The notes under the pieces: model-generated
Databases searched by the model: none
The model's input: only the letters and a program-made list of their open reading frames with translations
What the model was told of the DNA's origin: nothing
Source of the DNA: Moniliella sp. 'wahieum'
Taxonomy: Eukaryota
Assembly (NCBI GenBank): GCA_003971905.1
Contig: RSEE01000045.1
Span: 372,001 to 436,000, forward strand
DNA length: 64,000 nucleotides
Direction of reading: 5' to 3'
Position numbers and translations under genes: made by a program
Shown: piece by piece, positions 48,662 to 60,399 of the stretch
Layout of the letters: each line of letters begins with the position of its first letter
Position numbering within the stretch: the first letter of the stretch is position 1

Positions 48662-51191
48662 TCATGTGCCAGAGTAGCGGTGGGGATACAGCAGGTTATA
48701 CCAAGTAACCAGATCACGGTACAGGGTTAGGTTTAGTCCCGCTCCAAGTTCTCCACCGCCGTCAAAATCTCTCCCAACTGGAGGTGAAGTTTGCGAATGA
48801 CCAGCTGGTCGACCGCATGGATACTTAGGTGCCCCTTGGACTCGCCATCTGCTTCCCGCTCCGGCAGGGGCGATAGGAACGAAGCCGGCGCAGACCCTGT
48901 GGTCGGCACGGGTACCGCCACCGTGGAGGCCGTACTGGCCACCTCGGCTACCCTGCCCAGGGCTGCCCAGGTCGCGCAACTCGAGTTTCATCGCAAACAG
49001 CGCAATCTTGCGTGCATTCACTTCCGACGGACGCCAATCGCCAATCTTGACGTCCAGAGCCAGCTCTGCTCCCGGCCCTTCCAGCCTAAGCCCAACGCTC
49101 CCCCCACGCCCGTGCGCAGCGTTTGGACCGCCTTGGCATAAATCTGCAGCGCCGTGCTAATCAACAGCGTTGCGCTCGTCTGCGCCGTCGGGTTGGAACG
49201 GCACGTGGGGCAGGAGGTCGAGCAGGCACAGCGCTCACTCACCGCCTGCGAAGTGTGGAGCGTAAGTTGGATCGAACGGGCTAGGTCGCCTGTGACAGAA
49301 GGTGTCCGGGCCGTGGCCACGTTGCGCTCAATGCTAATCAGCGCCACCCCAGCATCGCACAGACACGTGCACCCGGTCCATGCGGATTCGGCACACAGTA
49401 CACTTGGCGGCCGTGGCTGTGGTCAGGATCGGCGTGGGCATGACCATGATCATGATCATGCTCCTTGTGGCTATGGCCAGAGCAACCTTGATCGTGAGGA
49501 GGAGGGGCAGGCAGAAGAAGAGGAGAATGAGAATGGACAGCAGGGGTAGAGGGGGACTGGTGTTGAAATAGGCCGGGCGAATCCACAGGGCCAAGGATTG
49601 ATGTATCGTGCTTGATCCGAGCACATTGGGGAGTGTGTCGAGCGGCTGCCATAGCCGCCGCCTGGGCTCCCACAGCGGCAGCTTGGTCCCTTGTGGAACA
49701 GCCAGAACAGCTTGGCCCACCGAGACTGGATACCTTCTTGGAGCAGCACTCCTTGTTTTCCGAGGCGCTGGCTTGGAGCAGCACTCATTGGTTTTTCGGG
49801 GCGCTGGCTTGGAGCAGCAGGCCTTGGGAGACGAAGAGACGGTGGAGGCACTGGCACTTGCACTTGGAGTCGACACGGGTACCAGTTGCGGAGGTAGGTA
49901 ATAGACTTTGCCTTATTACAGCAGTCATCCACACCATTTTCCAACCGGTCCTTCGAGGGGGAGTGTTGGAAGGCAAATGAGTTGGGCGTCGTTGAGGCCG
50001 TACTTGAGGCTGGCGTGAAGTTGGGGCTAGATGCCTTCAGGGGCAAATTCTTGGAAGAGAAAGAGGACAGGTCACCAGGGTTCCACCAGCTAAAGTCAGC
50101 TGGAACTGCATAGGCGACTCGGGGTCAAGAATTGCACTCCCAGCAAGTAATGTTCTGGGTCCAAATCGTCCAGCCAGTCATGGGCCGAGGAAACGGCGGG
50201 GGGAGGCGGCGAAGGATTGAGAGGTTGGGCGGGAAATGGCCAAGCGCTGCTGGGTCCATCGGAAGCAAGGGGACAGGAGGAGTGTGCGAGACAGTTGGGT
50301 AGGTACCGGCTCAGACGGTGTGAAATTGGGTACCAGTGGAATCGACTTGGTTTCTGGCGAGACCAGGTCGTGGCCCAACTGCAACAGGTCCGAACGCTCA
50401 ATCTGTAGCACATCCAGCGAGCGTAGGAAAGCAGCAAGACCCAAGTCATTGGGAAGCGGATGGAGAGGTGGTCTGTGGTACTGGTTCAGTGACAGGGTCA
50501 GATGGGGGTACCACGGCAGCAAGGGAGGGCCAGGGAGTGATAGAATCGTGTGGAAATGGTCCGGGCGGCGCAGATGCAAAACCACTCGAGGTCCCTGTCT
50601 GACTCGTCGGCCAATGGTTTCCGTTGGTGGACGCTTCGGCAGTAACGGCAGATCCAGCGGGCGCCTTGGCACTTGAGATGGGAGACGAGGTATCGGCGGT
50701 GTCAGGCTCGAGCTTGGCTCTAACCTTGGTCATGCGCTTGCGAGGCAAGGGCCCGCCCCATTTGTCCTGCGGGCGCTTACGGGGACGCCCAATCGGATCA
50801 CGCGCGGCTACATGGTGTCAGTGCTGACACAGGGGAAGAAAAGGAGTGCGCACCATATCGACAAGCGACGCCACTGCGCTCGCACCGGAGACAGCCGCCC
50901 TGGCGGCGGAGCGTCCGTCGCACTTGAGCTTGCGGTCGCGGCAGCACTCGCACGCTGCGCGGATGACGAGCCCGCGCTTCACGGCCTCGGCGTGGGAGAG
51001 CATCTGCCCATCAGGGGCGACGAAGCAGGGCGTGGCGGCGGTGGCGGCGGGTTTGGAGGAGGGGGAGGGGCATGTGCACGTGGGCCCACAGCAGCCACAG
51101 GGCTCGTTGGGGGTGGGAGTGGCGGTGGGGGTGGCGGCGGCGGGTGCGGGGGGCGCGGGGGGCTGGTGGAGGCGGCGTCCATGGACGCCAT
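48662..51191 (-). CDS. Zn(II)2Cys6 transcription factor with a Cys/His-rich central region; intron 50808-50853
   Basis: ACECCRDRKLKCDG....CLRCERSGVACRY|AARDPIGRPRKR across one frameshift and the intron. Both ends are approximate. Confidence 0.85.
49738..49820. repeat. About 36-bp tandem repeat (2+ copies) encoding CCSK motifs
   Basis: TTGGAGCAGCA recurs at ~49738, ~49773 and ~49809, with conserved flanking GGCGCTGGC. Confidence 0.8.
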
Positions 51192-51800
51192 GCTGGCAGG
51201 ACGAGCGGTGAGGTCAGCAGCCCCGTCCACGGCTTGCTCCAATGCAGACATCCAGGAGGTGGCGGTGGGCCGAGTCGACGGCAGAGACGAAAGTTGTGGC
51301 ATGTGGGCAGAGGCATAACATTATGCAATGCCCCAAAACGCTCCGAGCCGTCGAGCTCCGCCGCGTCCGCAGCAGCCCTGGTGCCAGTGTTCAAAACGCT
51401 CCGGCCACACTGCCCCTGCGCCTGCAGCCACGCACACAACATGCAACACTTGCCTTATTCATTTGTCATTTCCGCCCCTGAGAACTCACCTCAGGCTCAG
51501 GACTCCACTCAGGGGTACACAGAATGGGTGTTGCTGGTTGCCTTTTAGGGCGAGCCGCCATGTGGGGCCTCATAACCAGCACCAGGGATCGAGTCAAAAG
51601 GCATTATAATCTTGCAGGGCTACCGCCCCCCATGGCAGCGTCTCGCACAGACGACAGATGCATGGCAACGTCTACCGTGAGTACACAACACCCACAGGTG
51701 GTTGGCAGGGCGGAAGCACAGCGCAAGCGCAACGGCAACAGAAAAATAAGAAACAAGAAACAAGAGAAGCAAGCTAGCAGCGCGCGGCCATCGGTCGGGA

Positions 51801-54558
51801 TCAAACGGCCAATTGCAGTCCAAAAAGAAGCAAAAGAGGGAGGGGGGCATTGGCATAGCTGAGAGCGGGATCGGGAAAGCGGACAACGAGGAGCTCGGGA
51901 CTCCGGAGGCGCGGTGCACTTGAGTCGGCAGACCAGAAACGTCTATACGGCATGCTTTGCCTTGGCAATCCACCGGCCATTTTGCCCTTTTTACATCGCG
52001 CCATCTCCAGTGCCTCCTCGCCGCGGAGGACCAGAAAGTCCTGAGCCGCAGCCGGACTGCCCCTCCCGCCCGCAGCATTCGGCGTCCGCACACGCGAGTC
52101 ATGCCCATAGGCATACTCATTGTCCGAATCCCAACCAGCCTCTGCCGCCTCCTGGGAGTCAGAAAAAGCCACGCGGGGCGCACCCGGCGCGTACTTCTCC
52201 GCATCGGTGCGCTTCTTTTTCTTGCCCAAACCCGGATGCGAGCAAATCCTTCATGCCCCGCTTGTCCCATCCACACCGAACCAGCATGGCCGCCCGAATC
52301 GGTCCCGCGCCCGTCAACGGCAAAGGGGTAGGAGCGACGCTCGGCGCTTGGCTCCGGCGTGACGGCGTCGGTGAGCCGCACGTCGGTTTTCCTGTCTGCA
52401 AATGCAGCGCAAGGGCAAAGCTGGGAAACGCAGTAGCATAGCATATACAAACAAGCCGAGTTCCCGCTAAAAGGGGGAGGGGAGATGAACATACTCGCTG
52501 TCGTCTGATCCGTCGATCCATTTTGGCCACCGGGCTGCTGGGCCGCCGCCGCCGCCGCCGAAGGGCTCACGTTCGGGGCCGGGACGGGATAACGGCTCCA
52601 ATATGCTTGAGTCTGGTGCAACAAGTGCGCTGCTCCATGGCCGGAAGCGGATGGAGACGGCCATCAAAGGCCACTGGGTGCAGGCACACGGCAAGTGCAG
52701 CGCTTTTCCACCGCCGGCAGGACCGGATCCCAGTGGGTCCGACGGTTCGCTCAGCCAAGCCAAACCGGGTCGTCATCCAAGCGCCAAAGCTGTTGGTTGG
52801 CCAGGACGAACACACCTGGAGCGCCATCGGTCTCGGCACTCAATAACTGGGTCGTGTTCGACAATTGTTCCGACGCACGGCACATAGATCACGTCCATTC
52901 TTCCCGCGCGGTAGAGCACGGCGAGGCCATTTGACTGGGATGAAGATGCCGCGCGCACAATATCGCCAAGTGCAAAGAGCGCTGCCCACGACAAGCCATG
53001 GTCGCCCACGCTTTCCGATGCAGGGCCTGTGGCTGTGGATGACACAACAGGCGGCAAGAAAGGGGGCGCAAGATCGAGTGTGGTCAAAAACGTTTGTATC
53101 GCCACTGCCGCTCGGGCCCGTTCGTCCGCCTCATTGAGGGTGACCGCCGAGGAGCCTTGCCCTTGGCCGAATTGAACACGGTCCTAAGCTCCGCCAATCC
53201 TTGACCCGAAATTTGTCGCGCAGTCACGTCGGCCTGAGCCACAAACTTGCTCAGCCGATCCACATCGGCAGTAGCCGTGAGGCGCAGAGCGTCAATGGCA
53301 GTCTGATTGGTGGCATCGAGGAGGCCGCCGTGGGCCAAGTCGACACCAGCCATGCGGAAGAGTGCGATCACCCACGGGGATCGGGCAGCTTGGGTCTCGG
53401 CCTGCGTTGTTAGGCGTGGGGCCGGGAAAGCACGCGCATCCGTCAGACTGGCGTTGAGGCTAACGCGGCGAGAGAGGTAAGGAAGGACGCTGAGTGCGTC
53501 TTCGAGAACCAGGCGCGTCGGGGTAGGGTCGTCGCGTCCCAACAGGTACTCCCCCACGAGCGAGAGAGATAGGCATGGTCCACAGCAGGACGGTTCGGAG
53601 GCGTAAGAGTCAGCTCCCCGCGCAGAAGGAGAACGTTGACCAGAGCAACGAGGGGCGTAGCACCAAACTCATTCTGCCGGATCACTTGCCGGTCCGTAAC
53701 ATTCCGTCAGATTGTTGGAAAACGATTCGCTTCACGTCCCACTGGACCCCATGATCGTTGGCGGAGGCTCGTCCTTCTCAGGCGTAGCGGTAGCCACAGA
53801 CGAAATAGGAAGAGGCGCACCTAGTCCGGGCGTCGGGCTAGTGGAAACCGCAAACGGAGACGGGGCCGCCACCGGGGAAACGCCAAATGCGATGAGGAAT
53901 CCAACTGAGATAAATCACCAAATGGAGAGGGTTGCGGGGGCGGTTGAGACAAATCACTAAATTGCGAGGGTTGCGTGGGGTTGAGTCTGTAGATACGGCA
54001 GCTGCTGCTGCTGTTGGGAGACAGGCAGATCAAACGGTGACGCTGAAAACATTGAACTCCCTGACGGCTCTTGGTGAGTGGGCTGGGCAAAGGGGTTCGT
54101 GGCAGCAGATGGGGGCACGAAAGCCTGTTGGCCCTGAGACCCGGCGCCGGTAGAGGAGGCGAAGCCAAACACATCAGCCGAAGGTGCAGGAGGGGAGTGC
54201 AGCGCAGGAGCAGGAGCCGGAGCGGGAGCAGGAGCCGGAGCGGGAGCGGAGCAGAGCGGAAGTGAAGAAGTAGTCCTGGGTTGGGCACCAAAGCTGAGTC
54301 CAGCAAGGTCGTTCGTGAGGGAATTGCTTTGGGCACGGCTGGAGGCAGTGCGAATGGGTTGCTGCCCAAGGTCAGCGAGCCTTGGTCCCCCGGCGAGGCA
54401 AAGGCGGGTGCGGGCGCATGGGCGAAGGCGGCGATGGGCTCGGGGGCTGCAAATGGATTGGACTTGTCATTCCCCGCAGCGTCTGTGGTAGGGACGAAAA
54501 GGGTTGCTGGGGGGGCGCCAGGGCGCAGGAGACGGCAGAACGGATTCGTGCCGCTCAT
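51801..54558 (-). CDS. MINDY-family (DUF544/Miy1-like) protein, apparently catalytically inactive, with N-terminal NPF motifs
   Basis: VIRQNEFGATPLVALVNVLLLRG (cf. xxQNENGPCPLLAxxNxLLL), LFRMAGVDLAHG (cf. LFxxxxIPLxHGW) and GLAVLYRAGRMDVIY (cf. ELxVFFRNNHFST). Probable intron at ~52394-52494. The 3' end is approximate. Confidence 0.75.
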
Positions 54559-55033
54559 CGGCGAGGGAGGGCACCGGTGGGGGGTATATGGTGGTGGGAG
54601 CAGCCCTCCCAGCCCGTGTTGGCCGCGCCGCGTCTGGGTCTCATATGGAGCGTGTACACTGCGCGGGGCTGTGCGTGGCCCACGCTGCATGACGTCACAG
54701 CCAGGCGATGCGAACGTGCGTTCCTGAGGGGTGGCTGCTGTAGTTAGTACTTGGTTGCCAAGCAACGCAGCACACCAGCCAGCCACCACAGCCACCGTGC
54801 CAGACAGAGCATATCCATCATCGATCAGCGCCAGATCAGCGCGATCAGCGTGCCAGTCGCCGCCGCGCGTCACCCGTCATGCGTCACACGTCACCTGACC
54901 GGCCGGACTAACCCTACCCTGAGCCTCAGGAGCGCTACTCGAGCTTTTTGCCCGTAGCTGCTCCCAGTACTCGCCAACACACAAGCCCCATTCAACATGC
55001 ATTAACCTGCGCCCACCTTGCGGCCGCCAACAT

Positions 55034-57401
55034 CTACACCGTCTCCGCTCGCATCTTCTCCACAACGTCGTCCAGGGTGCGCAACCCGATTTTCCGAAGC
55101 CCTTCCACTCGTGCTTGGCAATGTGACGAACATCCGACAAGGTTGCCGACATGATTGCCGGCTCGTGCGGAGCCACGACACATCCCGCCACCACCATCGA
55201 CGGAAGAAATTTGCGCCTCCTCTGGTTCCTGTTCTTGGTCCTGGAGCCGATCGGCGGAATTACCTCCGGATACGGGGGGTCCAGCACGCGCTCATACACT
55301 GTTCCGTTCCTGAGATTAACAATGGACGCTGCCTGGGTGCGGTCAATTGCCTGCAACAAGCGCCCATCCAAAGACCAAATCTATTCCAAGCGCAGTCGTG
55401 TCACAGCCGTCATCCAGACCACCAACATCAATAAGAGAAACGTACATAGATCTTTCCGTCAGCCGACCCCGAGTAGATGTACTGTTGGCCTGTCGTCGCC
55501 GCGGGCGAAAAGTTGCAGCGGATCAGCGTCTCGGCAACTGTATGCCCAGTGTAAGATATCACGACGCGTCCTCTCCGCTGCCACCGTGCGATCCGGCTGT
55601 TCCCGTGGATGAAGCGTCGCTGCGTAGCATCCGCAGATCCCACAGCTTCACGTGGTGATCCTTGCCATTCGACAAAGCATATCGTCCATCGCCCTTGGGC
55701 GCCACGTGCGTAATCCGCTTGTGTGCCCTCGCAACTCGCCCATTGCCTTGTTGTCTTGGATCGAGCGTCGGTCCCACACCTTGACCACCGCATCGTCGCT
55801 CCCGCTCACCACAACCTGGGAGCTGGCCGCGTCGGCGAACGCAACGCTGTTAACGTCCGCGCGATGCCCCAGGACGGGAAAGATTTGGTTTGAGCCTCAA
55901 TGTCGTACATATGGATCGATCCCCCCGCCGCACCGGCAATAATGTCTCGTCCATCTCCCGAGAATCGCACGCTGAATAGTGCCCCATCCATCCTCCTGCT
56001 GTAACCCCTTTGAGGACCCATGTCCAGCAGCACCTCTTCTCCCGCGCCATCGTCCTGCTTCATAGGGTTATGGACTGGCTCCTCGTCATCGGGGGAGTAC
56101 AATGCCCCTTGTTCGGGGTGTACTCAGGCGGATCATCCTCGTCCAGGGGAAAACGCATCGGTGGGGGAACCTCGGGGTGAAATATAGGTGCGATAGGTAC
56201 CAAATGCACATACTGAGTGAGGGAGCTGTAAATCATCCAGTCGTTCTGCGACGACAGAGCCATCGGTCAAAGTCCAAGCGACACGCTTCGTTGGCAAAAG
56301 TCTTGCGCAAATCCATCGTTGTCAGCTGGGCCCCGCGTTCGTAGTGTTCGCCCGCCATCCACTCTGCAATCCCCACCTTGCCGTTCGGACCCCATGCTTG
56401 GACGCCGGGGGTAAATCCAGGCTGGGTCCGTACGGTAACCCAAAGTCTTGGTGCACGTCACTAAGAACGACCATCGGCAGAGTATTGCGACACATACGGC
56501 ATGTCGTTGTAACGCCACATCTCCCCCCCCCGAATTGGGGATATAGGTGGACAGATCAGGACGTCCCATTCGTACCCAACCCTGTGGCATGAGAACGAGC
56601 ATCGTACACCAGATTGGCCGGGTTGCCGCCTCCCTAAACATAGAACTAGATGTAGTGCCATCCTCCACCGCGACGCCAGCGTGACCAAAGAAAACTTCCC
56701 GGTTGCTTCCTCCGTAGTTGTGCCTCCGTGGGTCTGGCGGCGGGTTCATCGTGAAGCGGGTCTCGAACGGAGAAGGTGTGCCAGTTTCTTTTAAAAAGGC
56801 ATCCATAGCCAGGCCGCCTGAGCCGGTCAGGCCCACTAACGAGTACAGGCTTGGAAAGGCAATACAAGAGCAGGGTTCATCGGCACGTCTCCCAGCATGG
56901 CGGGTAAATTGTTGGTTCCAATGGGGACGATGGGGAGGCTGCATCCAAAGGACTTTGTCAGTGCCAGAAAGGTGTCAACGGTTGAAAATAAGGCTTACCT
57001 TACCAAAGTCGCCGTGAAACGGAGCTTCAGTCCGCCCTCAGGGCTGGGTGACCCGTGTATCGAGGGTGGCACAACAGGTCCCATATAGCCCCATGGGTCT
57101 TCTTCGTCATGGTCTTCGTCATCATCGTCGTCATCGTCAAATAGTCATCGTCATCATCGATATCATCCACCTGGTTAATGAAACGGCTTGATGCGTTGTT
57201 CTCATGGGATCTAGGGTCATCCTCAAACTGCTCATCATCGAAACCGAGGGAAGAAGGGATGTTTGCGACGTGGGGCGGCCGAAACACATCGGGGATGATG
57301 GGGCCGTCATGCGACATTGAGACCAGCATGCCGCCCTTGGATTCCATTAATGCGATCATCCGACGGCGGCGCGCCTCTTCGGACTGGGCGTAGAACTGCA
57401 T
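55034..57401 (-). CDS. DCAF11: WD40 protein DCAF11/WDR23 (LEC14B-like), frameshifts and introns
   Basis: YVSQYSADG, WMIYSSL, LFSVRFSGDGRDIIAG, SGSDDAVVKVWDRRS, THVAPKGDGRYALSNGKD, YTGHTVAETLIRCNFSPAATTGQQYIYSGSADGKIY and KHEWKG. Confidence 0.88.
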
Positions 57402-58218
57402 GATGAGGTGGTAGTGGTGGTGGTGGCAGGAAGCCAAAGCACGGCCAGGCAATTCCGTCCGCCAACCCAATGCCCAGACTGAGGTCTCAGAGATAGAGAT
57501 GGGCTGAGCTCAGCAAATTTCAAATTGTGCACGTCCCAATTTCACCTACTCGCATCGTCACCCACCCCCAAGTCGAGCGTACCATCCTGCCCCTCCAGTA
57601 TGATGGTGGGACCAGTTATCACGGAAGGCGGGGTGGTACTTTATCTGGTGGCTTGAGAGCCGGACAAAGACGAGGAGAACCAAATACTCAAGGAAACAAA
57701 GGATTGAAGTCGGCTTGTCTCATCGACCCGGCCCAGCACACCACCAAGGGGCATGTGTGCCGCTAGGGTTGCGTCGCTCTTCCTCCTCGAGACACACACC
57801 TATGATAACACTGCCTCTATATAGTCTACCGTGATGATCGACCCTGGTGAGCCTCACAACTAAGGGAAATGTCAGAGAGCAACGAAACAGTCCCTCTTAG
57901 CTTGGCGGCCAGGCCGCGTCACATGAGGCCTGGGGGCCTGGTGGTAAAAACGGTGAGATGGCGCAGAGGTGTGTGGCGCTTTTTCTCGCTCGCGCGAAAG
58001 CGCATTCGCTCTCTGTTTATATATTGGCTACCTCCACACTCTAAAAGAAATAGCATCCTCCTTTGCCATATTCCATCCTCCCCACCCCCACTTCCATCTC
58101 CATCTCCCCAGCACCTTCACAAAACTATATCCCCACCCGTTCCTTTCCTACATCTACTCCAACGTTCTTTTTTCAACCAGCAGCGACCGCACTAACGCCC
58201 CCCCCACCCCCACTTACG

Positions 58219-59664
58219 ATGTTCAACGTTGCCGTTCTCCTGGCTACGGCGAGCCTCATGGCTGGCCATGCCTGTGCTCATGTTGGTGCGGATTTCCCGG
58301 GCGTCTTGCGCCCGCGTTGCAAGCCGATGTGGCGAAACGCGGCATGCAGCGCCGCCAAGCGAGTTATAATGACCAGTCGTGGCAGACGATTACGGACGCG
58401 CGACTGAGTGCAAGTATTACAACTACGCCCCGGCCTCTTCTTTCACCAAGGCCTTCCCCCCAATTGGCAGATTGCCGACATCATGCCTGGTGACCAAGAG
58501 GCCCAATCGGTATGGGCTAACATCCAAAAGCAAGTACAAGTCCCCAACACGCCTCCCAAAGGGCAACCATCGGGGTCCCAACAGGGTACTCAGTATAACG
58601 CGGGCGAAGATCCTGATTGCTGGTGGACGTCATCAAGTGCGTTCACCCCAAGGCCCCTGGAGTCCCCCCCGACACGTTTACGTGCGATGAGCCGGGTACC
58701 TGGGGTTTAACCTTTGATGATGGTCCCAACTGCACCCACAACGCCTTTTATGATTTCCTCAAGTCAAAGAAACAAAAGGCCACACTCTTTTACATTGGCT
58801 CCAATACTCAACTGGCCGCTTCAAGCTCAACGTGGCCTGACTGATGGCACCAACTTGCAGCCCACACCTGGTCTCACCACTACATGACGGCACTTACTAG
58901 CACACAGGTATTTGCTGAGCTTTTCTATACCGTCAAAGCTATCAAATGGGTCACCGGTGTCACCGTGACCTCCTGGCGTCCTCCCTTTGGCGATGGGACG
59001 ACCGCGTCCGTGCGATTGCCTATGGGTTGGGCCTTGAGACTATCATCTGGACTGATGATACTGACGACTGGAACGTTGAGCCCCAAGGCTCTGTTGCCAC
59101 CTCCCAAATCGAGGGCAACTATGCGTCGATCGTGAGCAAGGCCAAAGGCCCCCGGACAGACGGGAGGTGTGGTGGTCCTCACTCATGAAATCAACGCAGA
59201 CACCATGCAGCTGATGATGACTGGTGCGTCTCTCCCCGTCTACTCTCTCATGTATTTGAAGATTCATGGGACTCACGAACTAACTCTCCTTATACGCAGA
59301 GTACCCCACGATCGCTGGGGCGTACAAGTACATCACCCCTGTGCATGTGTGCCAAAACAAGACCCAGCCCTACCGTGAGGCATCATTTGTTTACCCCAAC
59401 TTTGAGCAGTACACAGGTGGGAACATTATGCCTTCCGGTCTTCCCTCAGCCAGCGACATCACTGCCTCCTCCGTCGCCTCCATCGAGGTAGGCATCGTGT
59501 CTTCCAGCTCTCAAGCTACCCTCCAACCCAGTGTCTCTGGATCGGGTGGAGGAAGAAAGCCGATGACCAGACCTCCAAGTCCGGTGATGTGACGCTTGTT
59601 CCGCTGGCAGGACTGGGCTCTGCTGTCCTCGCCGCCCTCGGCGGCTGCTGCCCTCGCCGTCTAA
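58219..59664 (+). CDS. CDA: Secreted, probably GPI-anchored chitin deacetylase (CE4, MP98-like); intron 59224-59299
   Basis: Signal peptide, DPDCWWT, WGLTFDDGPNCTHNAFYDFL, HTWSHHYMT, WRPPFGD, VLTHE, then a Ser-rich and hydrophobic C-terminus. Confidence 0.93.
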
Positions 59665-60399
59665 AACGTTTTTGTATTCTCTGTCGTGGATGATGGATTC
59701 TCTGCCTACACGATCCTGGCATACTTTGATGACCAGTTACCTGACCACTCTTTTTTCCTTGCAACGAAACTGGACCTCACATTGGGAATGTTGACACCAC
59801 GGCCGTTCAGTTGATCCGGCATTCGCACTGTGCCCATCATCTTAATTTTTGGCTGGTATATATACACAGCCCTTTATTTTTTGCTCTTTTTCCTCTGCTC
59901 TAGTACCCTAGCAGGGGGCACGTTTCCTCTTCTCATCCCCGCTGGCTTACGCTGCTCTTACTCTCCACGAGGACATTCATTTGAATGATGGTTGCGCACG
60001 ATCAGAAGTGAACAAACCTTCACCATGCGAGGTGTGACATGTGAGCAAGTGAACGTTGAAGTAGAGCTACTGCAGCGGGTGGATGACATAAGCAAGCGTG
60101 ATCGCATAGACGAGGATGCATGATGCATGATGCATGATGGGGCGAAGGCGGGGCGCAGGCGTTCTGGCGCAGACACGCGGCGCGTCCGCCCGGCACCCAC
60201 CCGCCCTTCTTCCCCGGCCAGCACAGTCAGCCCTGGCGCTGTCTTGGGCGCCATTCGTGTCGCAGTGCGCTTGCTCTTCTTTTGCTCTTGCTGTTGTTCT
60301 TGCTCTTGCTTGTGCTCGTGCTTTTGCTCTGGCCGCTCCCCCATCCCGCCCCTCTCGCTGTCTTTATCTTTCTTGCGTGCCCCACCCCTGTCCCTCGCC

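Noticed and set aside
54908..54916. CTAACCCTA (also at 113-121 and reverse at ~48723) as a telomerase RNA template or interstitial telomere
   Set aside because: These are isolated matches of about 1.5 repeats with no supporting structure that I could see.
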